Shown here: piece by piece, positions 17,869 through 27,814 of the stretch
Numbering within the stretch: position 1 is the first letter of the stretch
How the letters are laid out: every line of letters begins with the position of its first letter
Assembly: GCA_947085635.1 (NCBI GenBank)
Contig: CAMTXC010000009.1
Location: 1,425-65,424, forward strand
Direction of reading: 5' to 3'
Length of the DNA stretch: 64,000 nt
DNA from: an uncultured Actinomycetes bacterium
GTDB lineage: Bacteria > Actinomycetota > Thermoleophilia > RBG-16-64-13
Notes under the pieces: generated by a model
Database searches by the model: none
Told to the model about the DNA's origin: nothing
What the model saw: only the letters and a program-made list of their open reading frames with translations
Made by a program: the position numbers and the translations under genes

Positions 17869-18924
17869 CTACAGGTGCACGTGCGCGCTGAGTACGGCCT
17901 GTGCGAGGAGCTCGGCTCCCATGTCGAGATCGGCGAGTGAGAGCACCTCGATGGGCGAGTGTATGTAGCGGGTGGCCACGCTGACCACGCCGGAAGGCAC
18001 ACCGGTCTTGGTGAGATGTATGGCGGTGGCGTCGGTCGTCCCGCCGCTTCCCACGTCCAGCTGATACGGGATCGAGGCGGTTTCGGCGGACTGCTTGAGC
18101 CAATCGACGATGGGTCGCGGCACGATGACGCCACGGCCGTCGGCGTCCGCGATCGTGAACACCGGGCCCTTGCCGATCTCGACATGTCGTTGGTCCTTGG
18201 TGACACCCGGGTGATCGCCTGGGATGGTCACCTCCGAGATGAGAGCCGCGTCGAGGTCGAGTCCGTACGCGCTGGTGCGGGCGCCCTTCAAGCCCACTTC
18301 CTCCTGTACGGTCCCCACCGCGTGAACCGTGGCCTTGACGTCCTTGTCCTTCAGCCGCTGCATGGCCGAGATCAGCATGACCACCCCGGCCCGGTCGTCG
18401 AAGCTCTTCCCTGTGACCAGTCCGTTGGCGAGCGACACCATCGAGCGGTCCACTGTTACGGGCGCGCCGATCTCCACCCCGAGGGCGCGGGCGTCGTCCG
18501 CGCTGGTGGCACCCACGTCTATGAACATGTCCTTGATCTTGACGACCTTCTTCCGGTCGTCGGCGTCCATGATGTGCGGAGGCTTCGAACCAACGACTCC
18601 CGGGATGCGACCGTCGGCTGTGTGCACCATCACCCGCAGACCGAGGACCATCTGATCGAACCAGCCGCCGAGAGGCACGAATCGCAGGAAGCCCTGTTCG
18701 TCGATGTACTTCACCATGAAGCCGATCTCGTCCATGTGAGCGGCGATCATCACCGTCGGCCCCTCACCCTTCCTCGTGCCGATGACGTTGCCCATGAGGT
18801 CCACCGAGACTTCGTCCACGAAGGGTCGCAATTCCTCGGCGACGAGCGCCGAGACTTCGCTCTCGTAGCCCGAGACGCCGTGAGCGTCGGCGAGCAGGGT
18901 GAGTAGTCGGCGGAGCTCTTCCAT
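17869..18924 (-). CDS. M42-family aminopeptidase (FrvX/TET-type)
   Basis: Key motifs are AHGVSGYE, AHMDEIGFMV, KS.DDRAG and QEEVGL.GA. AGGGAG Shine-Dalgarno lies before the ATG at 18924. The track ORF N-terminal extension to 19455 was rejected. Confidence 0.9.
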   Translation of the reverse strand: MEELRRLLTLLADAHGVSGYESEVSALVAEELRPFVDEVSVDLMGNVIGTRKGEGPTVMIAAHMDEIGFMVKYIDEQGFLRFVPLGGWFDQMVLGLRVMVHTADGRIPGVVGSKPPHIMDADDRKKVVKIKDMFIDVGATSADDARALGVEIGAPVTVDRSMVSLANGLVTGKSFDDRAGVVMLISAMQRLKDKDVKATVHAVGTVQEEVGLKGARTSAYGLDLDAALISEVTIPGDHPGVTKDQRHVEIGKGPVFTIADADGRGVIVPRPIVDWLKQSAETASIPYQLDVGSGGTTDATAIHLTKTGVPSGVVSVATRYIHSPIEVLSLADLDMGAELLAQAVLSAHVHL

Positions 18925-19061
18925 GGGGTTCTCCCTTCGAGGCGGACCTGGGTTCCCAGGTCGCGCGATACGTGTGCTCGGCGATATATGCCGGGTGAGT
19001 GTACCGCGTGACGACGGTGGAGCGCACCTCGGCCTCTCATTCACAGGCCCGGCGCGCGACG

Positions 19062-19103
19062 GCTCACGGACGGCGCCGCTGGCTCGCTCACGGACGGCGC
19101 CGC
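19062..19103. repeat. Perfect 18-bp direct repeat (GCTCACGGACGGCGCCGC) x2 with a 24-bp period
   Basis: The copies are at 19062-19079 and 19086-19103, in the divergent intergenic region between the M42 peptidase (minus) and fabI (plus). Confidence 0.8.
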
Positions 19104-19209
19104 CCGTCTGCCCTCGGGCGCTCGGACACGGTGTGCATGGTATCCTGCATCCCCTGGTTGGAGTGGTCCCGGCCGTGCGGCCGGCGGGTGTGGCGAAGGG
19201 AGGAAGTAC

Positions 19210-20004
19210 GTGGCAGGGCTTCTCGAGGGGCGTCGCGGCCTCATTATGGGCATCGCGAACGAGCGCAGCATCGCTTGGGGCATCGCAAAGTCGGCAAAGC
19301 GCGAAGGAGCCGAACTCGCGTTCACCTTCGCCGGGGAGATGCTGGAGAAGCGCGTGCGCCCTCTGGCGGCTGAGCTCGGCTCCGAGATCGTCCTGCCCTG
19401 CGACGTGCAGGTTGACTCGGACATTGAGACGGCGTTCGAGTCGCTCGGAGCTCACTGGGACTCATTCGACTTTCTCGTGCATTCGATCGCTTTCGCCAAT
19501 CGCGACGACCTGAAGGGCAGATTCGTCGATACCTCACGTGATGGGTTCGCCCTTGCCCTCGACGTGTCGGTGTATTCGCTGCTGGCCTCGGTGCGGGCAG
19601 CGCTGCCTCTGCTCAACCCCGGGGGGAGCATCCTCACGATGACCTACCTGGGAGGCGAGCGGACGATACCTCACTACAACGTCATGGGTGTGGCCAAGGC
19701 CGCGCTCGAAGCCGCCGTGCGGTATCTGGCCGCCGATCTCGGCCCGAGCGGAGTGCGGGTGAACGCCATCTCCGCGGGCCCCGTGCGCACTCTTGCCGCC
19801 GCCGGCATCGGTGATTTTCGCAAGATCCTCGACTGGTACGAGCAGAACGCTCCCCTGCGAAGGGTGACCACCCAAGACGAGGTGGGAGACGCCGCACTTA
19901 TGCTCCTCTCGGACTGGGGTCGGTCGATCACCGGGGAGATCGTGCACGTGGACGGGGGCTACCACTCGGTGGCCGTTCCGCCCGCCGCCGAGGACGTGGA
20001 GTAG
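19210..20004 (+). CDS. fabI: Enoyl-[acyl-carrier-protein] reductase (NADH)
   Basis: The N-terminal region reads GLIMGIANERSIAWGIA. The SDR catalytic region reads ...Y.GGERTIPHYNVMGVAKAALE. GTG start with GGGAGGAAG upstream. Confidence 0.93.
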   Translation: MAGLLEGRRGLIMGIANERSIAWGIAKSAKREGAELAFTFAGEMLEKRVRPLAAELGSEIVLPCDVQVDSDIETAFESLGAHWDSFDFLVHSIAFANRDDLKGRFVDTSRDGFALALDVSVYSLLASVRAALPLLNPGGSILTMTYLGGERTIPHYNVMGVAKAALEAAVRYLAADLGPSGVRVNAISAGPVRTLAAAGIGDFRKILDWYEQNAPLRRVTTQDEVGDAALMLLSDWGRSITGEIVHVDGGYHSVAVPPAAEDVE

Positions 20005-20053
20005 GAGCCGACGAGTTGGCGGGGGCATCCGCCTCCGTCGAGCCGGTGGGAAG

Positions 20054-21925
20054 GTGATGGACATCGCCGAGCTCGAGCGTCAGATAAGAGAGGCTCCCGA
20101 CCTTCCGGGCGTCTATCTCTTCCGCGACACCACGGGAGACGTGCTCTACGTGGGCAAGGCGCTCTCTCTGCGCAAACGCCTCGTGAGCTACCTTCCCGCC
20201 GTCAAAGGGCACGAGGGATCACGTGCGCCGGTGAAGGTATCGGAGATGGCTAAGCGCGCGGAGTCGGTGGAGTGGATCGTCGCCTCCACCGAGGTGGAGG
20301 CCCTCCTGCTCGAACACAACCTGATCAAGCGACACCGCCCGGGCTTCAACATAGCCCTGCGGGACGACAAGTCGTATCCGTACATCGTGATCACGATGGA
20401 AGACGAGTTCCCCCGCGTGATGTTCACCCGCCGGCCGCATCGGCGCGGCAACCTCTACTTCGGGCCGTACGGCAGCGCCGCGAAGGTGCGCGAGACCCTC
20501 GACACGCTGGGTCGCGTCTTCCCTTTTCGCAAGTGCCGCGGCGGGCGGCCCGGTCGGCGTAACGGGTCGCCGTGCCTGCAGTTCCACATCAAGCGCTGCG
20601 GCGCGCCGTGTGTGGAGGGTGTGAGCCCCGATGAGTATCGAGCGATGCTGCAGGGGGTCGCCGACGTCCTGGCGGGTCGCCACGCGAGAGTGCTCTCCAG
20701 CATGGAGGTGCAGATGAAGTCCGCCTCCGTGTCGCTCGACTTCGAGAAGGCCGCTCTCCTGCGAGACCGCGTCGACGCTCTGCGCCACGTGCTCGAGCGC
20801 CAACAGGTGAAGGGGGCGGTGCAGGGCACGGTCGATGTGGTGGGCCTGGCTCTCGACGAGCGTGGCGCCAACGTGCAGGTGTTCCTCACGCGCGACGGCC
20901 TGCTCTCCGACCGGCGGAGCTTCAGCCTGCTCGGCGTCGAGGGAGCCACGGAGCAGGACGTGTTCGAACGATTCATCGGAGACTACTACTCGACGGCCGT
21001 GATGGTGCCCCCCGAGATCGTCGTTCCTCGTTCCGTGACGCGCCTAGAGGAGCTTTCGCTCTTCCTCGAGAAGTTGAGGGGCACACGGGTGCAGGTGCGT
21101 CACGCGGAGCGCGGGGACAAGCGTCGACTGCAAGAGCTCGCCGACCGTAACGCGGCGCTCGGGCTTGAGCACGAGCGCCTGCGGGGTGAGCGGAGCCGGG
21201 AGCGGAGGTACGGTGGGCTGACCTCGCTTCAAGCCGTCCTCGGGCTGGAGGAGCCGCCCATGCGCATCGAGGGGTTCGACATCTCGAACCTCGGTGGAGA
21301 GCACATCGTGGCTTCCATGGTGGTGTTCGAGGGAGGCGCCCCGAAGAAGTCCGACTACCGCAAGTTCTCGGTGCGGAGCCTGAGCGTTCCCGACGACGTG
21401 GCGGCGCTCAACGAGGTTGTCCTGCGCCGCTTCTCGAGGAATCAAGACCCGGATGAGGTCTCCACCTACGATCCTTCGTTCGAGGCGGTGCCCGATCTGG
21501 TGCTGATAGACGGAGGCCGGGGTCAGTTGTCGGCCGCGCTGGCGGCGCTGAGTGAAGTGGGCCTCGACGAGGTGGTTCCGGTGATCTCGCTGGCGAAGCG
21601 CGACGAGGAGGTGTACCTTCCCGGGAGCCGGGAGCCGCTACGGCTCCCGCGCGATGACGCGGGGCTCCTGCTGCTTCAGCGGGTGCGCGACGAAGCCCAT
21701 CGGTTCGCGATCGGGTTCCATAGGGCACGCAGGTCGACGAAGACCACGGAGTCGTTCCTCGACGGGCTTCCCGGAGTGGGGGAGAAGCGCAAGCGGGCGA
21801 TATTGGCGCACTTCGGCTCGCCCGAGAGGTTCCTGGAGGCGGAGCGCGAGGAGCTCGAGGCGGTGCCCGGCCTTCCCGGCAAGACCGCACGGGCGGTCTA
21901 CGACTACATACACAAGAACGGGTAG
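20054..21925 (+). CDS. uvrC: Excinuclease ABC subunit C
   Basis: GIY-YIG domain (PGVYLFRD..G.VLYVGKA), a UVR domain, an endonuclease domain (IEGFDISN) and C-terminal HhH motifs. Confidence 0.96.
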   Translation: MMDIAELERQIREAPDLPGVYLFRDTTGDVLYVGKALSLRKRLVSYLPAVKGHEGSRAPVKVSEMAKRAESVEWIVASTEVEALLLEHNLIKRHRPGFNIALRDDKSYPYIVITMEDEFPRVMFTRRPHRRGNLYFGPYGSAAKVRETLDTLGRVFPFRKCRGGRPGRRNGSPCLQFHIKRCGAPCVEGVSPDEYRAMLQGVADVLAGRHARVLSSMEVQMKSASVSLDFEKAALLRDRVDALRHVLERQQVKGAVQGTVDVVGLALDERGANVQVFLTRDGLLSDRRSFSLLGVEGATEQDVFERFIGDYYSTAVMVPPEIVVPRSVTRLEELSLFLEKLRGTRVQVRHAERGDKRRLQELADRNAALGLEHERLRGERSRERRYGGLTSLQAVLGLEEPPMRIEGFDISNLGGEHIVASMVVFEGGAPKKSDYRKFSVRSLSVPDDVAALNEVVLRRFSRNQDPDEVSTYDPSFEAVPDLVLIDGGRGQLSAALAALSEVGLDEVVPVISLAKRDEEVYLPGSREPLRLPRDDAGLLLLQRVRDEAHRFAIGFHRARRSTKTTESFLDGLPGVGEKRKRAILAHFGSPERFLEAEREELEAVPGLPGKTARAVYDYIHKNG

Positions 21926-21928
21926 AAT
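21923..21928 (+). promoter_or_regulatory. -10 box TAGAAT placed 6 nt before the ogt ATG (predicted leaderless mRNA)
   Basis: The uvrC stop codon TAG (21923-21925) forms the first half of the hexamer. The ATG at 21935 is the 7th nt after the hexamer, and there is no Shine-Dalgarno. Confidence 0.45.
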
Positions 21929-21934
21929 CGAAGC

Positions 21935-22546
21935 ATGCGCCGCGAAGCGACATTCCCGACCCTGCATGGCGAAGGCCTCGTGTTCGTCGAAGACGGCCTG
22001 CTCGTGGAGGTCCGCCTGCCGCAGCTAGGGGCGGCGCCAACGGTGGGTGCGTGGACGACCTCGTCCGCCGGGAAGGACCCGTCTGCCGGGACCACCTCGT
22101 CCGGATCGACAACCTCGTTCTCCGCGACGGCCGAGGCGCCCGCATCCGGAGAGAGCAAGCTCGACTACGCCGCGGAAGGCGATCTCTCGAGCGAGATCGC
22201 CGCCCGCTGGGCCCATGAGTTCGCGGCCTATTTCCGGGGCGAACGCCGCACGTGGTCGCCTGAAGAGATCGGCCTCGAACGCTACGGCTTCACACCGTTC
22301 CAGACGGCGGTGTATCAGGCCCTCCTGACGGTGCCGCCGGGGGCCGTCGTCAGCTACGGGGAACTCGCCCGACTGGCGGGCTACCCTCGCGCCGCCCGGG
22401 CGGTCGGAACGGTCATGGCGACGAACCCCATCGCCATCGTCGTCCCCTGCCACCGGGTTGTCAGGAGCGACGGTTCGCTCGGCCACTACGGGTTCGGCGA
22501 CGCCTGGAAGCCGCTCCTGCTCTCTATGGAAGGGTCGATGACGTGA
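21935..22546 (+). CDS. ogt: Methylated-DNA--protein-cysteine methyltransferase
   Basis: The C-terminal domain carries TPFQ..VY.AL..VP.G.VVSYGELA...G.P.AARAVG......NP..IVVPCHRVV. The N-terminal ~90 aa are low-complexity and poorly conserved. Confidence 0.88.
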   Translation: MRREATFPTLHGEGLVFVEDGLLVEVRLPQLGAAPTVGAWTTSSAGKDPSAGTTSSGSTTSFSATAEAPASGESKLDYAAEGDLSSEIAARWAHEFAAYFRGERRTWSPEEIGLERYGFTPFQTAVYQALLTVPPGAVVSYGELARLAGYPRAARAVGTVMATNPIAIVVPCHRVVRSDGSLGHYGFGDAWKPLLLSMEGSMT

Positions 22547-23424
22547 CCCCAGAGCGCGAGCTCCACCTCACGGTCATCACCGGTCTCTCGGGCGCGGGGA
22601 AATCCCAAACCGTAGCCACGTTCGAAGACATGGGGTTCTTCTGCATCGACAACCTCCCGCCGCAGATGCTCGGGCGCGTAGTCGACCTCTTCTCTCTGGA
22701 GGGGAGCCGGGTTGATCGCCTGGCAGTGGTGTTCGACGCGAGGGGCGCTCAGTACTTCGTGGAGTTGATGGCCGCGCTCGACGAGATGGCGGAACGGGGC
22801 GTCCAACCCCGCATTGTGTTCCTCGAAGCGTCGGACGACGCCCTGGTGGCTCGCTACCAATCGACGAGGCGGCCGCACCCCACGGCGCACGACCGGCCCG
22901 TGCACACGGGGATCTCGGAAGAGCGGCATATACTCGCGCCCTTGCGCGAGCGCGCGGACGTGGTGATCGACACCACGTCGCTCAACGTGCACGAACTTCG
23001 CGCCCGCCTTCAGGAGACTCTGTTCGCCGACGAACTCGCCGATAAGGTGCTGATCACGTTCCTGTCGTTCGGCTTCAAGTTCGGCCTGCCGATCGAGGCC
23101 GACATGGTGCTAGACGTGCGTTTCCTCCCCAATCCCCACTGGGTGGAAGAGCTGCGCCCGCTTACGGGACTCGATCCCGCCGTGCGCGACTACGTGGTCG
23201 CCCGACCCGAGTCGCACGGCTTCATCGAGCGGGCGGCGGCCCTCATCTCGTACTTGGGTCCCGCCTACGTAGCCGAACAGAAGACGCAGTTGGTGGTCGC
23301 GTTGGGTTGCACGGGGGGGAGACATCGGTCTGTGGCGCTGGCCGAGGCTCTGGCCGCTTCGCTGGCGAAGGACCCGTCGGTGGAGACGCGCGTCCGGCAT
23401 CGTGATGTCGAACGCACCGGCTGA
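22543..23424 (+). CDS. rapZ: RNase adapter protein RapZ (P-loop ATPase YvcJ family)
   Basis: Key motifs are ITGLSGAGKS and FFCIDNLP. The GTG start overlaps the ogt stop (GTGA). Confidence 0.93.
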   Translation: MTPERELHLTVITGLSGAGKSQTVATFEDMGFFCIDNLPPQMLGRVVDLFSLEGSRVDRLAVVFDARGAQYFVELMAALDEMAERGVQPRIVFLEASDDALVARYQSTRRPHPTAHDRPVHTGISEERHILAPLRERADVVIDTTSLNVHELRARLQETLFADELADKVLITFLSFGFKFGLPIEADMVLDVRFLPNPHWVEELRPLTGLDPAVRDYVVARPESHGFIERAAALISYLGPAYVAEQKTQLVVALGCTGGRHRSVALAEALAASLAKDPSVETRVRHRDVERTG

Positions 23425-24496
23425 GGGAACGGTGAAGACCACGGGGGCTTCGGGCTCGGGTAACGTCGGGATATCGCCCGGCGCGCACGCGCCTCGAGTG
23501 GTGGCCATCGGTGGCGGCTCGGGCCTTTCGGCTCTGCTGCGCGGGCTGAAGCGACTCACACCTCATCTCACCGCCATCGTGACCGTGGCCGACGACGGCG
23601 GATCGTCGGGACGCCTGCGCGCGGAACTGGGCGTGCTCCCACCGGGCGACATACGTAACTGCCTGGTAGCCCTCGCCGACGACGAGTCTCTGCTGAGCGA
23701 CCTCTTCTCATACCGCTTCAAGGCCGGGGAGTTGGCGGGCCACAGCTTCGGCAACCTCTTCCTCGCCGCGCTGACCGAGGTCACGGGTGACTTCGACCGG
23801 GCCATCAAGGAGTCGAGCAAGGTCCTGGCGATCCGCGGCACAGTACTGCCCAGCACCACGTCCGACGTGCGCCTGCACGCGCTCCTCAGCGACGGCCGCC
23901 ACCTTGTGGGGGAGTCGCTCATCGGGCGTTCGCCCGTCTCGGTGGAGCGGGTGTGGCTCGAGCCCGAGGGCGCCGTCGCCCTTCCGTTGGCCCTGGAGCG
24001 CATCGCGCAGGCCGACATCGTGGTGCTGGGGCCGGGAAGCCTGTTCACCAGCGTGGTGCCGAACCTGTTGGCGGGGGGCATGATCGAGGCCCTGGCGGCT
24101 GCCGACGCCCCCATCGTGTACGTGGCCAACGTGATGACCCAGCCGGGCGAGACCGCGTCGTTCAGCGGACCTGACCACCTGCGTGCGCTCATCGGACATC
24201 TCGGCGAAGGCGTGCTGGACGCGGTGCTGGTGAACTCGACCGCGGTGCCTACCGGGCTTCTCGAGCGGTACGGAGAAGAGGGAGCCGAGCCGCTGGAGTG
24301 GCCGGATCCGACCGGAGCCGCAGCGGCTCGATCCGGCGTGGTGGAAGACGTCCGGTATCCGCCGGCCGATGTGGAGCGCATCGACGGGGTGCCGGTCATC
24401 CGTCGCGACCTCCTGCACGTCACCGACCACGCCCGTCACGACCCCGACATCCTGGCCGCGTGCCTGGCGTCGATGGCGAGGGTGCGCCGGCAGTGA
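23402..24496 (+). CDS. yvcK: YvcK/CuvA gluconeogenesis-factor family protein (CofD-like)
   Basis: Key motif VVAIGGGSGLSALLRGLK....LTAIVTVADDGGSSGRLR. The start is ambiguous (23402/23405, or GTG 23432). Confidence 0.9.
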   Translation: MMSNAPAEGTVKTTGASGSGNVGISPGAHAPRVVAIGGGSGLSALLRGLKRLTPHLTAIVTVADDGGSSGRLRAELGVLPPGDIRNCLVALADDESLLSDLFSYRFKAGELAGHSFGNLFLAALTEVTGDFDRAIKESSKVLAIRGTVLPSTTSDVRLHALLSDGRHLVGESLIGRSPVSVERVWLEPEGAVALPLALERIAQADIVVLGPGSLFTSVVPNLLAGGMIEALAAADAPIVYVANVMTQPGETASFSGPDHLRALIGHLGEGVLDAVLVNSTAVPTGLLERYGEEGAEPLEWPDPTGAAAARSGVVEDVRYPPADVERIDGVPVIRRDLLHVTDHARHDPDILAACLASMARVRRQ

Positions 24497-25470
24497 GCAC
24501 GGTGAGCTTCTCACGGCGGGTGCGGGAAGAGCTCATGCGCAAGGAGGCGGGGCGGTCGTGCTGCCGGGCGGCGGAAGTGGCCGCGTTGGTTCGGGCCACC
24601 GGCACCTTCAGCATCAGGGGCGGATCGCGGGACGAGGAAGCGCGCTACGGACTCCGGCTCTCTACGCCCCTGCGTCCGGCCGCGCGACTTGTGTACTCGT
24701 ACTTCAAGAGCTTCGGGGCGGAGGCGCGACTGTTGACCCGTCGTGAGCCCCGGTTCAAGCGCCGGCTCCTCTACGAGGTGCACCTGTCGGGAAGTCCGGC
24801 TGTGCTGCAATCGCTCAACGAGCTCGGCATCCTCAGCGACAGCTTCCGTCTGGAGCCGGGCATACCGTTGAGGTTGCTGCGCAGCCGCTGCTGTCGCAGC
24901 GCCTTCATCCGTGGCTGCCTGGTCGGCTCCGGGTCGGTGAATCCCCCCACTCGCGACGCCCACCTCGAGATCCGGAGTCCGCATGCGGACTTCGCCGCCG
25001 ACCTGGCCCGCCTGCTCTCGACCTTGGGGTACTCTCCTGGGGTGTACGTGAGACGGGGGGCGCACGTGGTCTACCTCAAGACCGGCGACGAGGTAGCCGC
25101 GCTGCTCGCTTTCGCCGGAGCGCCCGAAGCGGCTCTCGAAGTAGAAGAACAGTCGGTCGTCAAGGACGTACGGGCGCGCGCGAACCGGCTTGTGAACTGG
25201 GACGAGGCGAACACGCGGCGCACGAGCGCCGCAGTCATGCGACAGCTGCGGGCGGTGGAGTTCCTCGAGGAGATTGGCGTACTGGAGACCATGCCCGCGG
25301 CTCTGCGTGAGGTCGCCGAACTGCGCCGGGAGTATCCCTACCTGAGCCTCACCGATCTTGCGGAGGCGGCGCCGGGCAGGTTGAGCCGGTCGGCGCTCAA
25401 CCACCGCTTTCGTCGACTGATGAAAGTCGCTGTGGACGAAGGCGCGCCGGGTCTCGATTTCGACAGGTAG
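24493..25470 (+). CDS. whiA: Sporulation/cell-division transcription factor WhiA
   Basis: The GTG at 24493 overlaps the yvcK stop (GTGA). The sequence reads VSFSRRVREEL....CC..AE.AAL.R..G, followed by a LAGLIDADG-like region FIRGCLVGSGSVNPP....HLEI and a C-terminal HTH. The track ORF start at 24298 was rejected. Confidence 0.93.
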   Translation: MSTVSFSRRVREELMRKEAGRSCCRAAEVAALVRATGTFSIRGGSRDEEARYGLRLSTPLRPAARLVYSYFKSFGAEARLLTRREPRFKRRLLYEVHLSGSPAVLQSLNELGILSDSFRLEPGIPLRLLRSRCCRSAFIRGCLVGSGSVNPPTRDAHLEIRSPHADFAADLARLLSTLGYSPGVYVRRGAHVVYLKTGDEVAALLAFAGAPEAALEVEEQSVVKDVRARANRLVNWDEANTRRTSAAVMRQLRAVEFLEEIGVLETMPAALREVAELRREYPYLSLTDLAEAAPGRLSRSALNHRFRRLMKVAVDEGAPGLDFDR

Positions 25471-25514
25471 GCTCCGAAGACGAAGGCGCGCCGAGCCTGG
25501 ATTTTGACACGTAG
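25435..25514 (+). repeat. Tandem relic copy of the last 11 codons plus stop of whiA (36 nt, 31/36 identical, 44-bp period)
   Basis: The two copies are GACGAAGGCGCGCCGGGTCTCGATTTCGACAGGTAG (25435-25470) and GACGAAGGCGCGCCGAGCCTGGATTTTGACACGTAG (25479-25514). They translate to DEGAPGLDFDR* and DEGAPSLDFDT*. Confidence 0.8.
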
Positions 25515-25573
25515 CCGCGCAGCGCGGAAGCTTGCTCGACCGGGCGCGGATTCCCGGGGGCGCCTGGGGGGTA

Positions 25574-25582
25574 TGCTAGAAT
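25574..25582 (+). promoter_or_regulatory. Extended -10 element TGcTAGAAT upstream of gap
   Basis: Read directly. The element is ~38 nt upstream of the gap ATG, which has its own AAAGGAG Shine-Dalgarno. Confidence 0.5.
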
Positions 25583-25595
25583 CCACCCGGTCTGA

Positions 25596-26615
<1,020 letters not shown>

Positions 26616-26626
26616 AGAGGGGGGTC

Positions 26627-27811
26627 ATGCCGAAGCAGACCCTGCGCAACGTCGATGTCGCGGGCAAGCGGGTGCTTGTGCGTGTGGACTTCAACGTTCC
26701 GCTCTACGCCGGCCGTGTCGCGGACGACACGCGCATAACCGCCGCGCTTCCCACGATCGAGCATCTGCGAAAACGGGGGGCCCGAATCGTGCTCGTGTCT
26801 CATCTGGGCCGGCCGGAGCAGGGGTCTCCCGAGAAGTACCGGCTCGATCCGGTGGCCGCGCATCTTGCGCACGTTCTGAGGATGCCGGTGCGGAAGATGG
26901 ACGAGCTATCGGGCCCGGCGGTGGAAGAGGCCGTCGATCAGCTCGAACCGGGCGAGATCATGCTCTTGGAGAACTCACGCTTCGACCCCCGGGAGAAGGC
27001 CAACGATCCGAAGCTGGCTGCCGAGATGGCGCGTTTCACAGACATCTTCGTCAACGACGCCTTCGGGGTAAGCCATCGGGTGCACGTCACCACGGTGGGC
27101 ATCACCGAGCACGTGCCGTCGGTGGCGGGCATGCTGCTGGAGCGTGAGCTGCACACCCTGGGCTCTCTGCTCGCGGCGCCGCGAAGGCCCTTTGTCGTAG
27201 TGCTCGGAGGTGCCAAGGTGAGCGACAAGATCGGCGTGATCGAGCGGTTCCTCGAGTTGGCCGATTCCCTGCTCGTGGGCGGGGCCATGTGCTTCACGTT
27301 CTTGCTCGCCCGTGGGTTCTCCGTGGGTTCTTCCAAGGTGGAAGGGCCGGAGGGCGTCGAAGTCGCGCGGCGCCTACTGGGCATCGCCTCCGAGAGCCGG
27401 TGCGAACTAATACTTCCCACCGATGTGGTGGTGGCCGACGAGTTCAAAGCAGACGCCGCGTCGAAGGTCGTGTCGGTGGAAGAGATGCCCGATGGTTGGA
27501 TGGGCCTCGACATAGGCCCGCACACCGCGGCGCACTACGCGGAGAAGATAGCGGAGGCCGGCGAGATCTTCTGGAACGGCCCGATGGGCGTGTTCGAGAT
27601 GGAGCCCTTCGCCCGCGGCACAGGCGCGATCGCCCAAGCTATGGCCGAGGCCGACGGACTCACCGTCGTGGGCGGGGGCGATTCGGTGGCCGCTCTGCGC
27701 ACGTTCGGGTTGGAGCATCGTATGGACCACGTCTCCACGGGCGGTGGGGCCGCACTCGAGTTCGTCGAGGGTGGCGAGCTGCCCGGCGTGGCGGCGTTGG
27801 CCGACCTCTAG
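26627..27811 (+). CDS. pgk: Phosphoglycerate kinase
   Basis: Key motifs are RVDFNVPL, SHLGRP and GGGDS. Confidence 0.97.
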   Translation: MPKQTLRNVDVAGKRVLVRVDFNVPLYAGRVADDTRITAALPTIEHLRKRGARIVLVSHLGRPEQGSPEKYRLDPVAAHLAHVLRMPVRKMDELSGPAVEEAVDQLEPGEIMLLENSRFDPREKANDPKLAAEMARFTDIFVNDAFGVSHRVHVTTVGITEHVPSVAGMLLERELHTLGSLLAAPRRPFVVVLGGAKVSDKIGVIERFLELADSLLVGGAMCFTFLLARGFSVGSSKVEGPEGVEVARRLLGIASESRCELILPTDVVVADEFKADAASKVVSVEEMPDGWMGLDIGPHTAAHYAEKIAEAGEIFWNGPMGVFEMEPFARGTGAIAQAMAEADGLTVVGGGDSVAALRTFGLEHRMDHVSTGGGAALEFVEGGELPGVAALADL

Positions 27812-27814
27812 GAG

